From IMG/VR virus record IMGVR_UViG_3300046171_000014, positions 1-61,378 of that record: DNA of 61,378 bases; one strand, 5' to 3'. This DNA is from a virus (Duplodnaviria; Caudoviricetes). A program made the position numbers and the translations under genes. Below, piece by piece: positions 30,303 to 40,747 of the stretch. Within the stretch, counting starts at the first letter, position 1. Each line of letters starts with the position of its first letter. The notes under the pieces were generated by a model. It was given only the letters and a program-made list of their open reading frames with translations, searched no databases and was not told the DNA's origin.

Positions 30303-31208
30303 TTATGCTCCGCGAGAAGCGTACATTCCCAATGGATCTGATACACCAAAGCTGTAACGCTCACGCGCTTTGTAGCGCACGTTACCAGTGTCAAAGTCAC
30401 CATCCATGCCTGTTTGCATAGCGGTACGGACAAAGTGCTTCATGCCGTTAGGCACATCAGTTGTGATGAAGAAGGCATCATTGTCTGTCAGATAGTGGTT
30501 CACCGCATAACCCTCTGGAATAGATCCGTTTGAGTTAAGTGCGTTGATATCATTATCTGCTGTACCAACACGCAGAGTTGTTTCCAACAAGCGAGTTGCA
30601 ACAAACATTAATGCTGGTGGAATGATTAACTTACGAGGGCGCGCAGCAATCAACAAACCACGTTCATCTGTGAACGCGGCAATATCAATAACAGCTTGCT
30701 CAAGTGAGGTTTCATTCAAGTCAGCATCAGTTGCAGGGCGGTTAGCGTTAGTAGTGCCCTCAACGGTTGGGTGCGCTGTGCTAAACAAAGTAACGCCATC
30801 ACCTGAGTTAAAGGTGGTGAAGCCTGTGTTTAACAAAGAAGCAGCCTTTGTTTGCTTTGTGTATGCCATACCGCGAGCAAGAGCTTTGGTATAACGAGCA
30901 GAAAGCGAATCATACAGATTGTCTTCCATAGCCTCTTCTGTGATAGAAAAGCCCATTGCGACTGTCTCATGATTGTAACGCGCAGTGAATGATTCCTGTG
31001 CGTTGTCATAAGAAATTGAAGCACCTTCTGCTTTCACAGGGGCGGCTCCAAAACCTGATAATTTAACTTCCTCTTCAAAGCTACGCTCTGAAGTTTCAGT
31101 TTCATAGATCTCAGAATGTTCGTCTTCGTACTTTCCGTACTCCAAACCAAACAATGCATTCAGACCCGGTAACAGCTCTTTAAGGAGCTGGGCGCGTGAA
31201 ATAGCCAT
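30303..31208 (-). CDS. Major capsid protein
   Basis: MAISRAQLLKELLPGLNALFG and DFDTGNVRYKARERYSFG; position after the scaffold gene; GGAGG RBS. Confidence 0.9.
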   Translation of the reverse strand: MAISRAQLLKELLPGLNALFGLEYGKYEDEHSEIYETETSERSFEEEVKLSGFGAAPVKAEGASISYDNAQESFTARYNHETVAMGFSITEEAMEDNLYDSLSARYTKALARGMAYTKQTKAASLLNTGFTTFNSGDGVTLFSTAHPTVEGTTNANRPATDADLNETSLEQAVIDIAAFTDERGLLIAARPRKLIIPPALMFVATRLLETTLRVGTADNDINALNSNGSIPEGYAVNHYLTDNDAFFITTDVPNGMKHFVRTAMQTGMDGDFDTGNVRYKARERYSFGVSDPLGMYASRGA

Positions 31209-31220
31209 GATTTAACCTCC

Positions 31221-31832
31221 TTATAAGCCTACGTTATTGGTCATCTGGTGAGCGCCCGGATTGAACTTTACAAGTACATCTGGGAACGCATCAGCAGCAT
31301 CTGACACATGTGAAACAACACGGAACGCCGCTGCGGCAGTCTTCACCGTAGCGTCCAATGCAGATGTAGAGTTACCTGTCGTGGTATTACCAGTTGAGGT
31401 AGACTGCACTGCTGCAAAGAATGTGTTTGTACCGATGATTGTTTGCGCTCCTGTACCATCAAGCTGGGCTTGGAATAGTACATTTGGATCGTCAACAACA
31501 TACGCTTTAATAGCATCACCATTGGAAGTTCCAGTTGGGTAATACTGCGCTTGGACCGTTTGGCCTGAAGAATTTACATACTCACAACCAACGAAAACGC
31601 CAATAGCGCCAACGCCTGTTGTTCCTGAGATGCTGTTAGATGTCAGGTCTGCACCTGAACCAGTTGCGAGTGCGATGTAACCATCAGCCCCAATGATAAC
31701 AACTTGCCCGTAGAACAGGTTTGTTGCTTCTCCAGCGGGGTCAATGAGATACTGATTAGTCGCACCAGCATACGGCATTCCATCTGCGCGGCGCACAGGT
31801 TTTAAGCCGTAGGGAGCTGCTGTAGTAGCCAT
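31221..31832 (-). CDS. Capsid-associated (decoration) protein
   Basis: APYGLKP, GVFVGCEY and AYVVDDP motifs; directly upstream of the major capsid gene. Confidence 0.65.
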   Translation of the reverse strand: MATTAAPYGLKPVRRADGMPYAGATNQYLIDPAGEATNLFYGQVVIIGADGYIALATGSGADLTSNSISGTTGVGAIGVFVGCEYVNSSGQTVQAQYYPTGTSNGDAIKAYVVDDPNVLFQAQLDGTGAQTIIGTNTFFAAVQSTSTGNTTTGNSTSALDATVKTAAAAFRVVSHVSDAADAFPDVLVKFNPGAHQMTNNVGL

Positions 31833-31879
31833 TTTCTCATACTCCTAGAGTTTAAGTTACGACAAGCTCCCCAAAAGGG

Positions 31880-32323
31880 TTACTTGCCAAATGAAGATCG
31901 TGTACTCCGTTCTGGGTTTAGAACGGGCATACGAGGGTCTGATTGTTTCAGATAGGAATTATCAACCGCTTCCATCTGGCTCTGTGCCATGTCTAGCTGC
32001 TTCTCAACCCTAGCCTCAACTTTTTCGATGGCGTTTTGACATAACAATAAGCCACCTACCTCAATGCCGTCTTGAAATCTCGAATCAATATCGGACACGA
32101 TTTGAAGGTTCGGATGATCCTCTTTACGAACAGGTGTCCAACCTTCACGAAATCTGGAAGAAACATTCTTGTTATCCGTAGTACCCAAAGTAGAGGTGCG
32201 AATCCAGCGATAGCTAATGCCAGCGCGAGGTTCGGGGGTCGGTAACATGGTCGGTCTTTCCCATGACACTTTACGTTTGACCGCTTCGCGGTCATCATTA
32301 CTGCGTGAGGTTCTGTTACTCAT
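31880..32323 (-). CDS. Conserved head-module protein
   Basis: YRWIR...REGW...GGLLLC motif. Confidence 0.7.
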   Translation of the reverse strand: MSNRTSRSNDDREAVKRKVSWERPTMLPTPEPRAGISYRWIRTSTLGTTDNKNVSSRFREGWTPVRKEDHPNLQIVSDIDSRFQDGIEVGGLLLCQNAIEKVEARVEKQLDMAQSQMEAVDNSYLKQSDPRMPVLNPERSTRSSFGK

Positions 32324-33273
32324 TTGGATTGATCCTTCAACATTTGCGCCACATATTGCTCATTCGTGAGTCCAAGCCGCTTGGCGAGAGAGGCTTGCGT
32401 CGAGGTTAATCGCACTGTGCGTGGCTTTTTTGTCGATCTTGACGGTGCGGCAACCACGGAACCGGCCTGACGTTGGGGTGCTTCTTCCTCTATTTGCCCA
32501 CCGTCAAACTTATCTGGAAAGGCTTTTTTCATAGCCTTGTCTATTTCATCATAATAAGAATCGCTTCTCGGATCAATCCCTGATTGTACAAGCTTTTGAT
32601 GCACACCATATGCATAGCCTGTCATTTCAGGAGTTTCAGGATTCTCAAACCAAGTATTTTTCTTACCCCACTCAAGGGCTTTTGGATCAGGCTTATCAAC
32701 TTGCGGGGCAGGTTGAGCATACTGTGGCTGTGGCTGTGGCGCGGTTCTAACCTGTGGTTTATAGTTATTTACCCTGTCAGACTCTACCTTCAAGGTCGTT
32801 AGCTGCTCTTGCGCGGCTATTAAAGCGTCAGGATCTCCTGACTCATATGCAGCTTTATACGCAGATTTAGCCTTATCTAACTGCGCTTCGATGCGCCCTT
32901 TAGCCTGCCCAATAAGGGTTTCTTCACCCGCATCAAGGTTTTTTCGTAACTGTTCGTTTTCAGATTTTATCTGTTGAGCATACCGCAGAGCCTCTTCTTG
33001 TAGCCTGTGGGCCTCGAGTTTTTGCCGTTCTTGCTCTTGCGCTTCAAATTTTAGCTTGTTTATGCGCTTTTGAACCCCAACAGAATATTTATCTATCTCA
33101 TCGTCAGAAGGCACTTCTGGCTCTCTATCTTCTGCCAGACGCGGTTTCTCTTCTTCAGGAGTGTCGTCAGACACTTCTATCTCAAACGAATCATCCACAA
33201 CATCTTGTGTTTCAGGTGATTCGTTTTCAAGATCTTGTTCTGTTAGCTCTGGTTTATCTGCCAAACTATTCAT
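32320..33273 (-). CDS. Capsid scaffolding protein
   Basis: Acidic N-terminus, coiled coil, W...N.WF, C-terminal AKRLGL...Y; lies between portal and capsid genes. Confidence 0.7.
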   Translation of the reverse strand: MNSLADKPELTEQDLENESPETQDVVDDSFEIEVSDDTPEEEKPRLAEDREPEVPSDDEIDKYSVGVQKRINKLKFEAQEQERQKLEAHRLQEEALRYAQQIKSENEQLRKNLDAGEETLIGQAKGRIEAQLDKAKSAYKAAYESGDPDALIAAQEQLTTLKVESDRVNNYKPQVRTAPQPQPQYAQPAPQVDKPDPKALEWGKKNTWFENPETPEMTGYAYGVHQKLVQSGIDPRSDSYYDEIDKAMKKAFPDKFDGGQIEEEAPQRQAGSVVAAPSRSTKKPRTVRLTSTQASLAKRLGLTNEQYVAQMLKDQSK

Positions 33274-33638
33274 ACCCGTGTATACCCCCGTGGATCTTCG
33301 ACGACTGCTTCAACAGTGTCATCATTTACAAGACGAAACTCTTTGCCATGTATTTTAAATCTGGTTCCTGAATAAGATCTAAAGATCACAAAATCACCTT
33401 CCTTGCAGTAGGCTCCATTTGGAAATCTATCTTTATCGGAATACGCATCAGGGCCAGTTTTAATTACAAACCCTATAATAGAAGCGGTTTCTTCTGCCTG
33501 CCTAAGTTGGTCAGGCATATACACCCCGCCTTCGGTCTTCTCATTAACCTCAACAGTGCTAATAAGAACTTTGTAGCCTTTTGGTTCTGGTAACTGAGTT
33601 GCTACTTTATCGTCAGTTACTTTTTCATCTTTATACAT
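33270..33638 (-). CDS. groES: Co-chaperonin GroES-like protein
   Basis: P.GYKVLI, EKTEGGVYMP, GPDAY, GDFVIF..YSG and LVNDD motifs; start uncertain (33638 or 33668). Confidence 0.8.
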   Translation of the reverse strand: MYKDEKVTDDKVATQLPEPKGYKVLISTVEVNEKTEGGVYMPDQLRQAEETASIIGFVIKTGPDAYSDKDRFPNGAYCKEGDFVIFRSYSGTRFKIHGKEFRLVNDDTVEAVVEDPRGYTRV

Positions 33639-33725
33639 TGCATATACCTTGCAGTGATTAAGGTTCACAGAAACCTTGCGCGGTCTATCCGCGAAGCCCC
33701 CAATTACGAAATAGAATACTAGAAC

Positions 33726-33914
33726 TTATTGTGCAATAATTCTTTCTTCCAAATCAACTAAATCGGCTTCAATTAGTTTTAAAGCCTCATATCTCCCTAC
33801 AAGACGGCAGTAATCTTCCATAGATTGTGCTTGGCCCCCGGCCAAAAACTGTTCTATCTCCGTCTTGGATTCGGATATGCTACGTTTCATCAACGCAACA
33901 ACCGTGTCATCCAT
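33726..33914 (-). CDS. Small hypothetical protein
   Basis: 62 aa overlapping the portal stop; G......Y...VG...L motif. Confidence 0.65.
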   Translation of the reverse strand: MDDTVVALMKRSISESKTEIEQFLAGGQAQSMEDYCRLVGRYEALKLIEADLVDLEERIIAQ

Positions 33915-36321
33915 CCCCCTTACCTAGCTCCTTTGCTAATTCAACTCCCAGTTTCGCCCCAGCCTGCTGATCTGCACGTTGGGAATTATCAAGATCAGTT
34001 GCCAGCTTAACTCCCAGCTTGGCACCCTCTCTTTGATTAGTGGCTTTAATCTTCTCAGCTTCAAGCTGAAGCTTAGCCGTGTCTAGTTGCATCTTATGCT
34101 GAAGCTCTTGCGCTTTTAGCTGAAGCTCTTGCTGTTGCATCTGTACAACAGGATCTTGTTGTTGCGCTTGAGCCTGCTGCTGAGACACCTCTGCCTGATC
34201 TTTCTTGAGAAGCTTCTCTGCTGCATCCTTAGCCAATCTAGAAATTTCAACCTCAACATCTTCAGGCAATGGCTGATCTTCGCTAGGCATCTCGACCCCC
34301 AGCATCTTTTCCATTTCCCTACGATACTGGAATGCAACATGCTCTGTAATATGTGCCGCCATTGCCTGCTGTATTACTTGAGCAAATGGAGACTGCCCCA
34401 CCATCTGCATAATCTTTGGATCTTGTGCCGCAGCCATATGCACCGCTAGGTGAGCTTCGTGATCTTGATACTTGAACGCTTTGACTGGCTCCTGTTTCAG
34501 GATCATCATGTTCTCAGTTACAGGGTCAGAAGGTTTAATATCTTCAGGTAGCTTGATTAAATCTTCCGCGTCTTGGATGCCAAGAACCTCAAGCATTTGC
34601 CTGTGCAGCTTACCCATGTCGTACAATTGGGGCGCTTGTTGCGCTAGTTGTAACGCGGCTTGATACTGCATAATACGCTGCGCCATAGTAGCGGCGTTGG
34701 GGTCAGATACAGGTATAACGTCTATACGTTTGTCAAAATCAGCCTTCCTGCTAAAGTCTCCGTCAACTTCATACACGTACTCATCAGGCATATAATCGTG
34801 AACAATCTTAGACAAAAGTCGTAACTCTTTTTTCATGGCAGCATGGAGGCGGGCCTGTACACCAGACATTACCTTCATTGAACGCTCCATAAGGGCAAGA
34901 GTTGTGCCCACGGGTGCCTGTGCGTTAGTATCTCCTACTTGGATGTCTGCGACTGAGCCAATTCGGCGTCCCTCTTCGACAATATTTCCAAGTAAAGAGT
35001 ACAGTACGCTTGATGGCTCTTTGTAAGGGATAAACGTAATCGAGTCACGGATGGCACCGCCCGGTACGTCCACATCCCTAAATTCACCCGGCATAAGAGG
35101 AGTGTCGTCCCCCTTAATACGCATACCGCGAGCTTTAAGCCCTGCTGGCAAATTCGACAGTGTGCCAGCATCAACCAACTGACGAAGGATAGAGGTAGCC
35201 GACTTAGCAAGGCCACCAATGAGGTGAATAAGACCCGTTCCATAAAACCCAAGGCCCGGTAGATAACGGTAGTGTACAAAGTGTAGGCGTTTTTTCTTTT
35301 TAGCGTCATCTTCATACCAATTCTTACGGATAGATAATATTTCGCGAGACGATTTATCTATAGTTACTACATAAGGCCGTGCTATTTCATCAGAGTCATC
35401 AAACCCTTCAGGCATATTCATTGTGACGTGCATCTCAAGAATTGTATGCCTATCGTCATTCTCAAGAACCGCGCTTTCACCGTCAAGTTCGTCGTACTTC
35501 TCTTGAATATCTGAAAAATCTGGCGCAGGTGCAGGTAGGTCCACATCCCTATAGAAGCCTGCAACTTGCAGCTCTAATATCTCGTTTTCCGTTTTCTTCA
35601 TAACATGCGTGTAGCGCGGGCATGTCATTAGGTCTGTTGCCCCGTAGGACACAACAAACTCTTCTGAAGGCACAAACACCGCACAGGGTCTATCCATAAG
35701 CGGGTCATAATAGACCTTCTTAAACGCAGACCCAGCTAGGGGAAGTTTAAACAGCATCTGCTCCATCTCGTCGCGGTATTCTGTCATCTCCTCCGTTAAG
35801 AGGTAGTTCATCTCATTCTGCACACGTTCAGCTTGATCAAACTTCTCTGGAGTAAGCTTGCCCATAATTTTGCTTCTCACAGGGCCTGAAGCGGGGAACA
35901 GCTCCCCCATAGCCTGTGCTTGGAACCGCACGACAGCTTCAGTAAGCACGGGGTGAAACACCCCAGACGCACCTGCCCAAGGCTGCTGGCGCTCCTCAAT
36001 CTTCATACCAAGAAGGTCTAAACCTTTTACATAGGCCCTAGCCCAATCAGCACGAGATTCACGATCAGACTCAAAATCACTTACAAGCTCAGATGCCATA
36101 GCCTCAAGGTCTGCTTCGTCTATAGACTCAGCTAGGTTTGAATCGTGGTCTTGCCCCATTAGTTGCTCTGACAAGCCGCCTTCAAAATCAATTATAACCC
36201 CACCATCTTCAGTTTCCATAGAAACAGCTTCAGGGTTTATAACTTCGATAGTAAGTTCTTCTTCCGTAGGATTTGTCTCTATCTCTAAATCAGAAGGAAC
36301 TAAGGGTTTTTCTACAGCCAT
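33907..36321 (-). CDS. Portal protein
   Basis: 804 aa; GSAFKKVYYD, FYG.GL and Gln-rich coiled-coil tail; located between TerL and the head genes. Confidence 0.9.
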   Translation of the reverse strand: MAVEKPLVPSDLEIETNPTEEELTIEVINPEAVSMETEDGGVIIDFEGGLSEQLMGQDHDSNLAESIDEADLEAMASELVSDFESDRESRADWARAYVKGLDLLGMKIEERQQPWAGASGVFHPVLTEAVVRFQAQAMGELFPASGPVRSKIMGKLTPEKFDQAERVQNEMNYLLTEEMTEYRDEMEQMLFKLPLAGSAFKKVYYDPLMDRPCAVFVPSEEFVVSYGATDLMTCPRYTHVMKKTENEILELQVAGFYRDVDLPAPAPDFSDIQEKYDELDGESAVLENDDRHTILEMHVTMNMPEGFDDSDEIARPYVVTIDKSSREILSIRKNWYEDDAKKKKRLHFVHYRYLPGLGFYGTGLIHLIGGLAKSATSILRQLVDAGTLSNLPAGLKARGMRIKGDDTPLMPGEFRDVDVPGGAIRDSITFIPYKEPSSVLYSLLGNIVEEGRRIGSVADIQVGDTNAQAPVGTTLALMERSMKVMSGVQARLHAAMKKELRLLSKIVHDYMPDEYVYEVDGDFSRKADFDKRIDVIPVSDPNAATMAQRIMQYQAALQLAQQAPQLYDMGKLHRQMLEVLGIQDAEDLIKLPEDIKPSDPVTENMMILKQEPVKAFKYQDHEAHLAVHMAAAQDPKIMQMVGQSPFAQVIQQAMAAHITEHVAFQYRREMEKMLGVEMPSEDQPLPEDVEVEISRLAKDAAEKLLKKDQAEVSQQQAQAQQQDPVVQMQQQELQLKAQELQHKMQLDTAKLQLEAEKIKATNQREGAKLGVKLATDLDNSQRADQQAGAKLGVELAKELGKGDG

Positions 36322-36504
36322 GTGCGCTCCATAAGCGTTGCTTGCGGGTAACTTATCATTTTAATGCCCAGCGGTCTAGTGTCGAGGTGGGCAACTTGGG
36401 GGAAGCCGCCACACCTCGACTAGGGTACTGGGAGATGTACCCTATTTACCCTTTATCTCAAGCGGTCTGTTGAAACAAATATTATATTCCTGTATTGAGA
36501 GATC

Positions 36505-36726
36505 ATGGATAACATGCTGATTTGGAACATCGTATTAACTTTTGTGGTTCTACCTATAGGGTGGTGGGCCAATCAAATCGCATCTGAAGTCAAGCGCCTT
36601 AATATTCTTTTGAACATGACAAGAGAGAATTATATAAAGAGGGAAGAACACGCGGGGGAACTTGGGAGAGTTGTTGACCACCTCGTTAGGCTTGAAGGCA
36701 AGATAGACAAACTTGCAGAGAAATAG
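36505..36726 (+). CDS. Small membrane/coiled-coil protein
   Basis: N-terminal TM segment and RLEGKIDKL coiled coil. Confidence 0.65.
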   Translation: MDNMLIWNIVLTFVVLPIGWWANQIASEVKRLNILLNMTRENYIKREEHAGELGRVVDHLVRLEGKIDKLAEK

Positions 36727-36745
36727 GGGGAGATAGGCATGAGAT

Positions 36746-36934
36746 ATGTTTATATGCGCCCTAACAGCGGTATTAGCTAGTCAAAGCCCCACTATCGGGC
36801 TGCATCAGACCTGTGAATACAGGTGCCCTAGAGAAGTTTCACAATTTTATTATCAGTACCCAGCTAAGGTAAGGGTTCCTTGGAAGCACTTTTGCCCGCC
36901 GTACATTGTTGTTGGTAGGGGAAGAAGAACATGA
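36746..36934 (+). CDS. Small Cys-containing protein
   Basis: 62 aa with CEYRC and CP; overlaps the next start (ATGA). Confidence 0.5.
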   Translation: MFICALTAVLASQSPTIGLHQTCEYRCPREVSQFYYQYPAKVRVPWKHFCPPYIVVGRGRRT

Positions 36935-37374
36935 TTGATCCATTTACAGCGCTTGCCGCTGTGAAATCTGCCGTATCCGCAGGCAAGGAATTGGTAAATG
37001 TCACCAAGCAGATTGGTGAGTTTTTTGATGGGGTGGATGATTTACGCGCTGCCCATGAAAGAAAGAAAAACAGCTTGTTCTCAGGGTCGGATGAAAATGC
37101 GATGGAGACATTTGTGAATTTACAAAGGGCCAAAGATGCGGAGGAAGAGCTTCGTCAGATTGTCATTGCAACCAGAGGTTTTAGCGCATGGGGTGAATTG
37201 CAAGCTATACGGGTGCAAGCAAGAAAGGACCGCAAGGCCAAGATTGAGGCAGAGAAGAAACGCAAAGCTAAGCTAATTGAGAGGATTGTTATTTATGGCG
37301 GGGCTACAATTATCGTTTCTATAATGATAGGCATCACTGTTGTAATAATCCTAGCGAAACAAGGAAGGCTGTAA
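36931..37374 (+). CDS. Membrane-anchored coiled-coil protein
   Basis: MIDPFTALA N-terminus and C-terminal TM segment. Confidence 0.7.
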   Translation: MIDPFTALAAVKSAVSAGKELVNVTKQIGEFFDGVDDLRAAHERKKNSLFSGSDENAMETFVNLQRAKDAEEELRQIVIATRGFSAWGELQAIRVQARKDRKAKIEAEKKRKAKLIERIVIYGGATIIVSIMIGITVVIILAKQGRL

Positions 37375-37628
37375 TGGCTGACGGGTTAAGCGGCATAGGC
37401 AACGCGCCGTTTAATGTGGGATCTGATATCCATCAGCAAACCCAAAGCCGTGAACGTATAGAAGCTCATCTGAAAGAACAGATGGTTGAGAAAAAACACA
37501 GGGCTAACCACAGTCACCTAGAAGCGTTGGCAAAACAAAGGTTTGACTTGGGAGAAACTTATGATCGCTTTGGTCGCAAAACTAATGCAGATCGACCCCA
37601 AGGAACTAAGATAAACATAGAGGTTTAG
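37374..37628 (+). CDS. Hypothetical protein
   Basis: 84 aa, translationally coupled (TAATG); YDRFG motif. Confidence 0.6.
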   Translation: MADGLSGIGNAPFNVGSDIHQQTQSRERIEAHLKEQMVEKKHRANHSHLEALAKQRFDLGETYDRFGRKTNADRPQGTKINIEV

Positions 37629-39191
37629 TAGTATTCTACAGGTCTACGGTATGTAGGCTCATCATCCCACTCATCTGTGGGTAATCTGATGAACCCACCC
37701 TGCCTAAATCGCAATAACGCCATGACCGTAGAGTCAACAAGGTCATCGTTAGACATAAACGGGAACCCTGCCACCTCTTCTATGACCTCCTCGGCCCAAC
37801 GCTTAGCTGGTGCCCACACAAACCCGCTGGCTATGATGTCTGATACACTATTAAGGCGAGCCATCTTGTCCCCAGTACCCCTATGAGGTGTATATTCTTG
37901 TACTGGGAGGCCCATACGGCGTAATTCTTGGTACAAAGCTACGCCAGAGGACTTTTTCTCCACAATAAACGAGTCTGGCTCCCAACCTTTGTACTCTTCA
38001 AGCGCCAGACCCTTCAATTCTGGAAATTCTAAGCGTTCTTTGATGCTATTTAGCAAAATTATGTGGTGTGCGTTCTCTTCTTCGTTAAAAAACACACCCC
38101 AAGTCGTCAGCGCGGTGTAATCGGCGCGATTATTCTTCTCTGCGGCAGCATCAAGCGACATAATTATATATTCACAGTGGGGTGGGTCGTCTTTTGTCCA
38201 TATTTGCCACCATTCCCGCTTAACAATCGACGCTTCTTCAGCTGTCGGCTGCTGCTGATACTGCGAGTTCCACTGAAATGTAGGCATCGACGCCTTTGTG
38301 CGCAGCAATGCGGTCAAATCAAAGAACTCAGGCCATAACGGCTTCTGTATCGGCTTACCGTCAGAGTCCTCGCTGTCCAAAATAGCGGGAAACTCCACGA
38401 TTTCGTACTGGTCTGACTCTGGATTCTTGACCATATCTGTCGTCACACGCCCCGTGAGGTCGTCCATGTGCCAACGAGTCTGAATTATTGCAACCCTACC
38501 GCCCGGCATAAGGCGAGTACGGGCACCGAAGGTGAACCACTCGTATGCTTTTTCAAACACAGAGAAGTTTCCGTTAATAACATCCTGCTCAGAATGAGGA
38601 TCATCAACAAGCAGAAGATCAGCGCCACGTCCCGCAAGTGCAGACCCAATACCACACGCATAATATTCTCCTCCAAAGTTTGTATTCCACCGCCCCGCAG
38701 ACTTACTGTCCACCGCCAACGACACCTGCGGAAATATTTCTTTGTAGTCGTCTACCGATATCAAGTTTCTAACCTTACGCCCAAAGTCCACAGCAGAGGT
38801 CGGTAGTGTGAGACACCATCATAACCTTCTTGCCGGGGTTACGCCCCAAGAACCACGCAGGGAAAAAGATACTCACAAGCTGCGATTTACCGTGTCGCGG
38901 TGGGATATTGACACATATACGGTCTTTATCACCCTGCTCAATGTCCATCAGCATATCTGCAAGGATGCGGTGGTGCTTGCCAACCTTATAATCTGGCTGC
39001 ATCCGTTTACAAAACTCTATGAGGTCATCTTTGGCATTGTCGTTACGCTGCCTGTTCGCCAGCTCATCGACCATCTTATCAATCTCTGCGACCTCTTCAG
39101 GACTAAACTGGTCAAGGTTGTCCAGCATAGTCTGTATATCTTCTGGAGAGAAGTCTAAGTCTTTCGCAACAGTGGTAAGATCTTTAGGCAT
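37625..39191 (-). CDS. terL: Terminase large subunit, split by one extra base at ~38795
   Basis: Walker A NIPPRHGKS, Walker B LLLVDDPH, QTRWH, nuclease SLDAA/VEKK/DDLVDS. The two ORFs join as SHTTDL|AVDFGRKVRN. Start MPKDL at 39191. Confidence 0.9.
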
Positions 39192-39780
39192 CGGGAGGCC
39201 CCAGTGTATCATCCAACGATATGACCGGGGCCTCCACGACTACTGCGTCCTCTACATCAGAATCGGCTGGGTCTATAAGTTTAGCCAGTTTCCCACGTAG
39301 TTTCTCTTTGATGTCGTCTGTAGTTTGATGTGTTATTGTAACTTCAGACTTCTCTGCAAACAACCCCACATCGCTAATCTTACCAAGCAGCTCCAAGGCA
39401 CGTATACGCACCCGTGGGTCGGGGTTCTCTGTCTCCTCAATCAGTTTGTTTGTGACGAGGTGCCTCACCTGCGTAGCGCTCTCTACAACAGAATGCCCAA
39501 AATCTTTTAGGATCTTATCTGTCAGTAGGAGGGTAGCGGGTGGGGTGCGTGATATATTTTTAAGCGTAGCCTTCTTTGAAGTACGCACAGGATCGGCAGC
39601 ATATGCCATACTGATCTCCGAAGCGTTATCCCTGTCCTCTGCGGTTATGTCTATCTCTAACCCGTGGGCATGTAGATGTTTAGCGGTCTCGGCAGCAGCT
39701 TCAGCTTTGCCTGTGAGGTCTTTTGGCGGGGGCACGTCTTTGATTGGCACACCCCGTTCTGGTGTTATTTGTAATGCCAT
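39184..39780 (-). CDS. Terminase small subunit-like protein
   Basis: RIRALELLGK..DVGLF.EK motif; directly upstream of and overlapping TerL. Confidence 0.7.
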   Translation of the reverse strand: MALQITPERGVPIKDVPPPKDLTGKAEAAAETAKHLHAHGLEIDITAEDRDNASEISMAYAADPVRTSKKATLKNISRTPPATLLLTDKILKDFGHSVVESATQVRHLVTNKLIEETENPDPRVRIRALELLGKISDVGLFAEKSEVTITHQTTDDIKEKLRGKLAKLIDPADSDVEDAVVVEAPVISLDDTLGPPDA

Positions 39781-40007
39781 ATGTAGTATTTAGACGAATA
39801 TTATAATTATTTCAATCTCCCCGCGCCGAATGTGGTTACTGGGTATAACGGTAGGGTGGGGGTGGGGTTTAGCCGATTTCGTAGAAACTCAAAATATTTG
39901 TGCAGATTAGTATGTATAAGTAGATATGCGTGACGCGCTGTAGAGGGGGGTCGGGGGTAGGTGGGGGTTAGCTAGGCGACTAACTGCTGCCATTTACTGC
40001 CATTTGC

Positions 40008-40035
40008 TTGCGTTTGCCGGTGTTTTCCGTATAAT
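40008..40035 (+). promoter_or_regulatory. Putative sigma70 promoter
   Basis: TTGCGT-16 nt-TATAAT upstream of the ORF at 40114. Confidence 0.45.
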
Positions 40036-40113
40036 GGTTGCCATAGACAAGAGCGGTTCTTGTCTAATCAACGTTAGCCAAGCGGCTAACACATTCCTTG
40101 AAAGGGAAACATT

Positions 40114-40689
40114 ATGACTGATCTATCTGTAAACAAGAAAGCAATTGAAGCGGCAACAGCGGTTGAAGCGGCCAACGCAAATTCCATCGCGGCGCAAGCG
40201 TCACGGGCTGAGGCCTCGGCGCTGTTCTTTGCACCGGCCGCTAAGCTCGGCGCTGATTTTACAATGCTCGCCAAACCTACGGGTGACGACGCAAAGAATA
40301 ATATCTGGGTTGCCACGCGGCAATGGGCTTACGATGTGTGCGCAACAGTGATGGCAGGCGAAGCCGGTCTAGCGTTCTTGAATGATGCCACCACGACCGG
40401 TAAGGCTGAGATGGCGATCACGCAAGGCAAAATGAAGGGCCAGACGCGGGATAAGAAATATATCCAGCAACAGGTCGGCAAGCTTATCGGTTTGATCAAA
40501 GCGGATCTTAAAAAGGCTGATGACAAGCCAAGCGATGGCGCAAGCGATGCTGTCGAGCGTACTGACTGTGACAGGTTCTTGGATGCCATCGCCAAGGCTG
40601 CGAAACAATGCAGCAAGGCCAAGCCTGACGATTCGATCCCGACAGAATATGTCGAAGCGTTCAATGAAATGATGGCGAAACTCAAGTAA
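40114..40689 (+). CDS. Hypothetical early protein
   Basis: 191 aa, Ala-rich, with coding-like composition; first gene of the plus-strand arm. Confidence 0.7.
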   Translation: MTDLSVNKKAIEAATAVEAANANSIAAQASRAEASALFFAPAAKLGADFTMLAKPTGDDAKNNIWVATRQWAYDVCATVMAGEAGLAFLNDATTTGKAEMAITQGKMKGQTRDKKYIQQQVGKLIGLIKADLKKADDKPSDGASDAVERTDCDRFLDAIAKAAKQCSKAKPDDSIPTEYVEAFNEMMAKLK

Positions 40690-40697
40690 CCATCAAC

Positions 40698-40720
40698 GGT
40701 GCCAGCCAATGGCTGGCACC
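40698..40720. other. Perfect 10-bp hairpin after the 40114 ORF
   Basis: GGTGCCAGCC-AAT-GGCTGGCACC. Confidence 0.7.
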
Positions 40721-40747
40721 ACTAACACTCACAAGAAAGAAAATGAT

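Noticed and set aside
33270-33638. GroES without GroEL as a novelty
   Set aside because: Stand-alone co-chaperonins are well known in phages such as T4 (gp31) and in marine phages.
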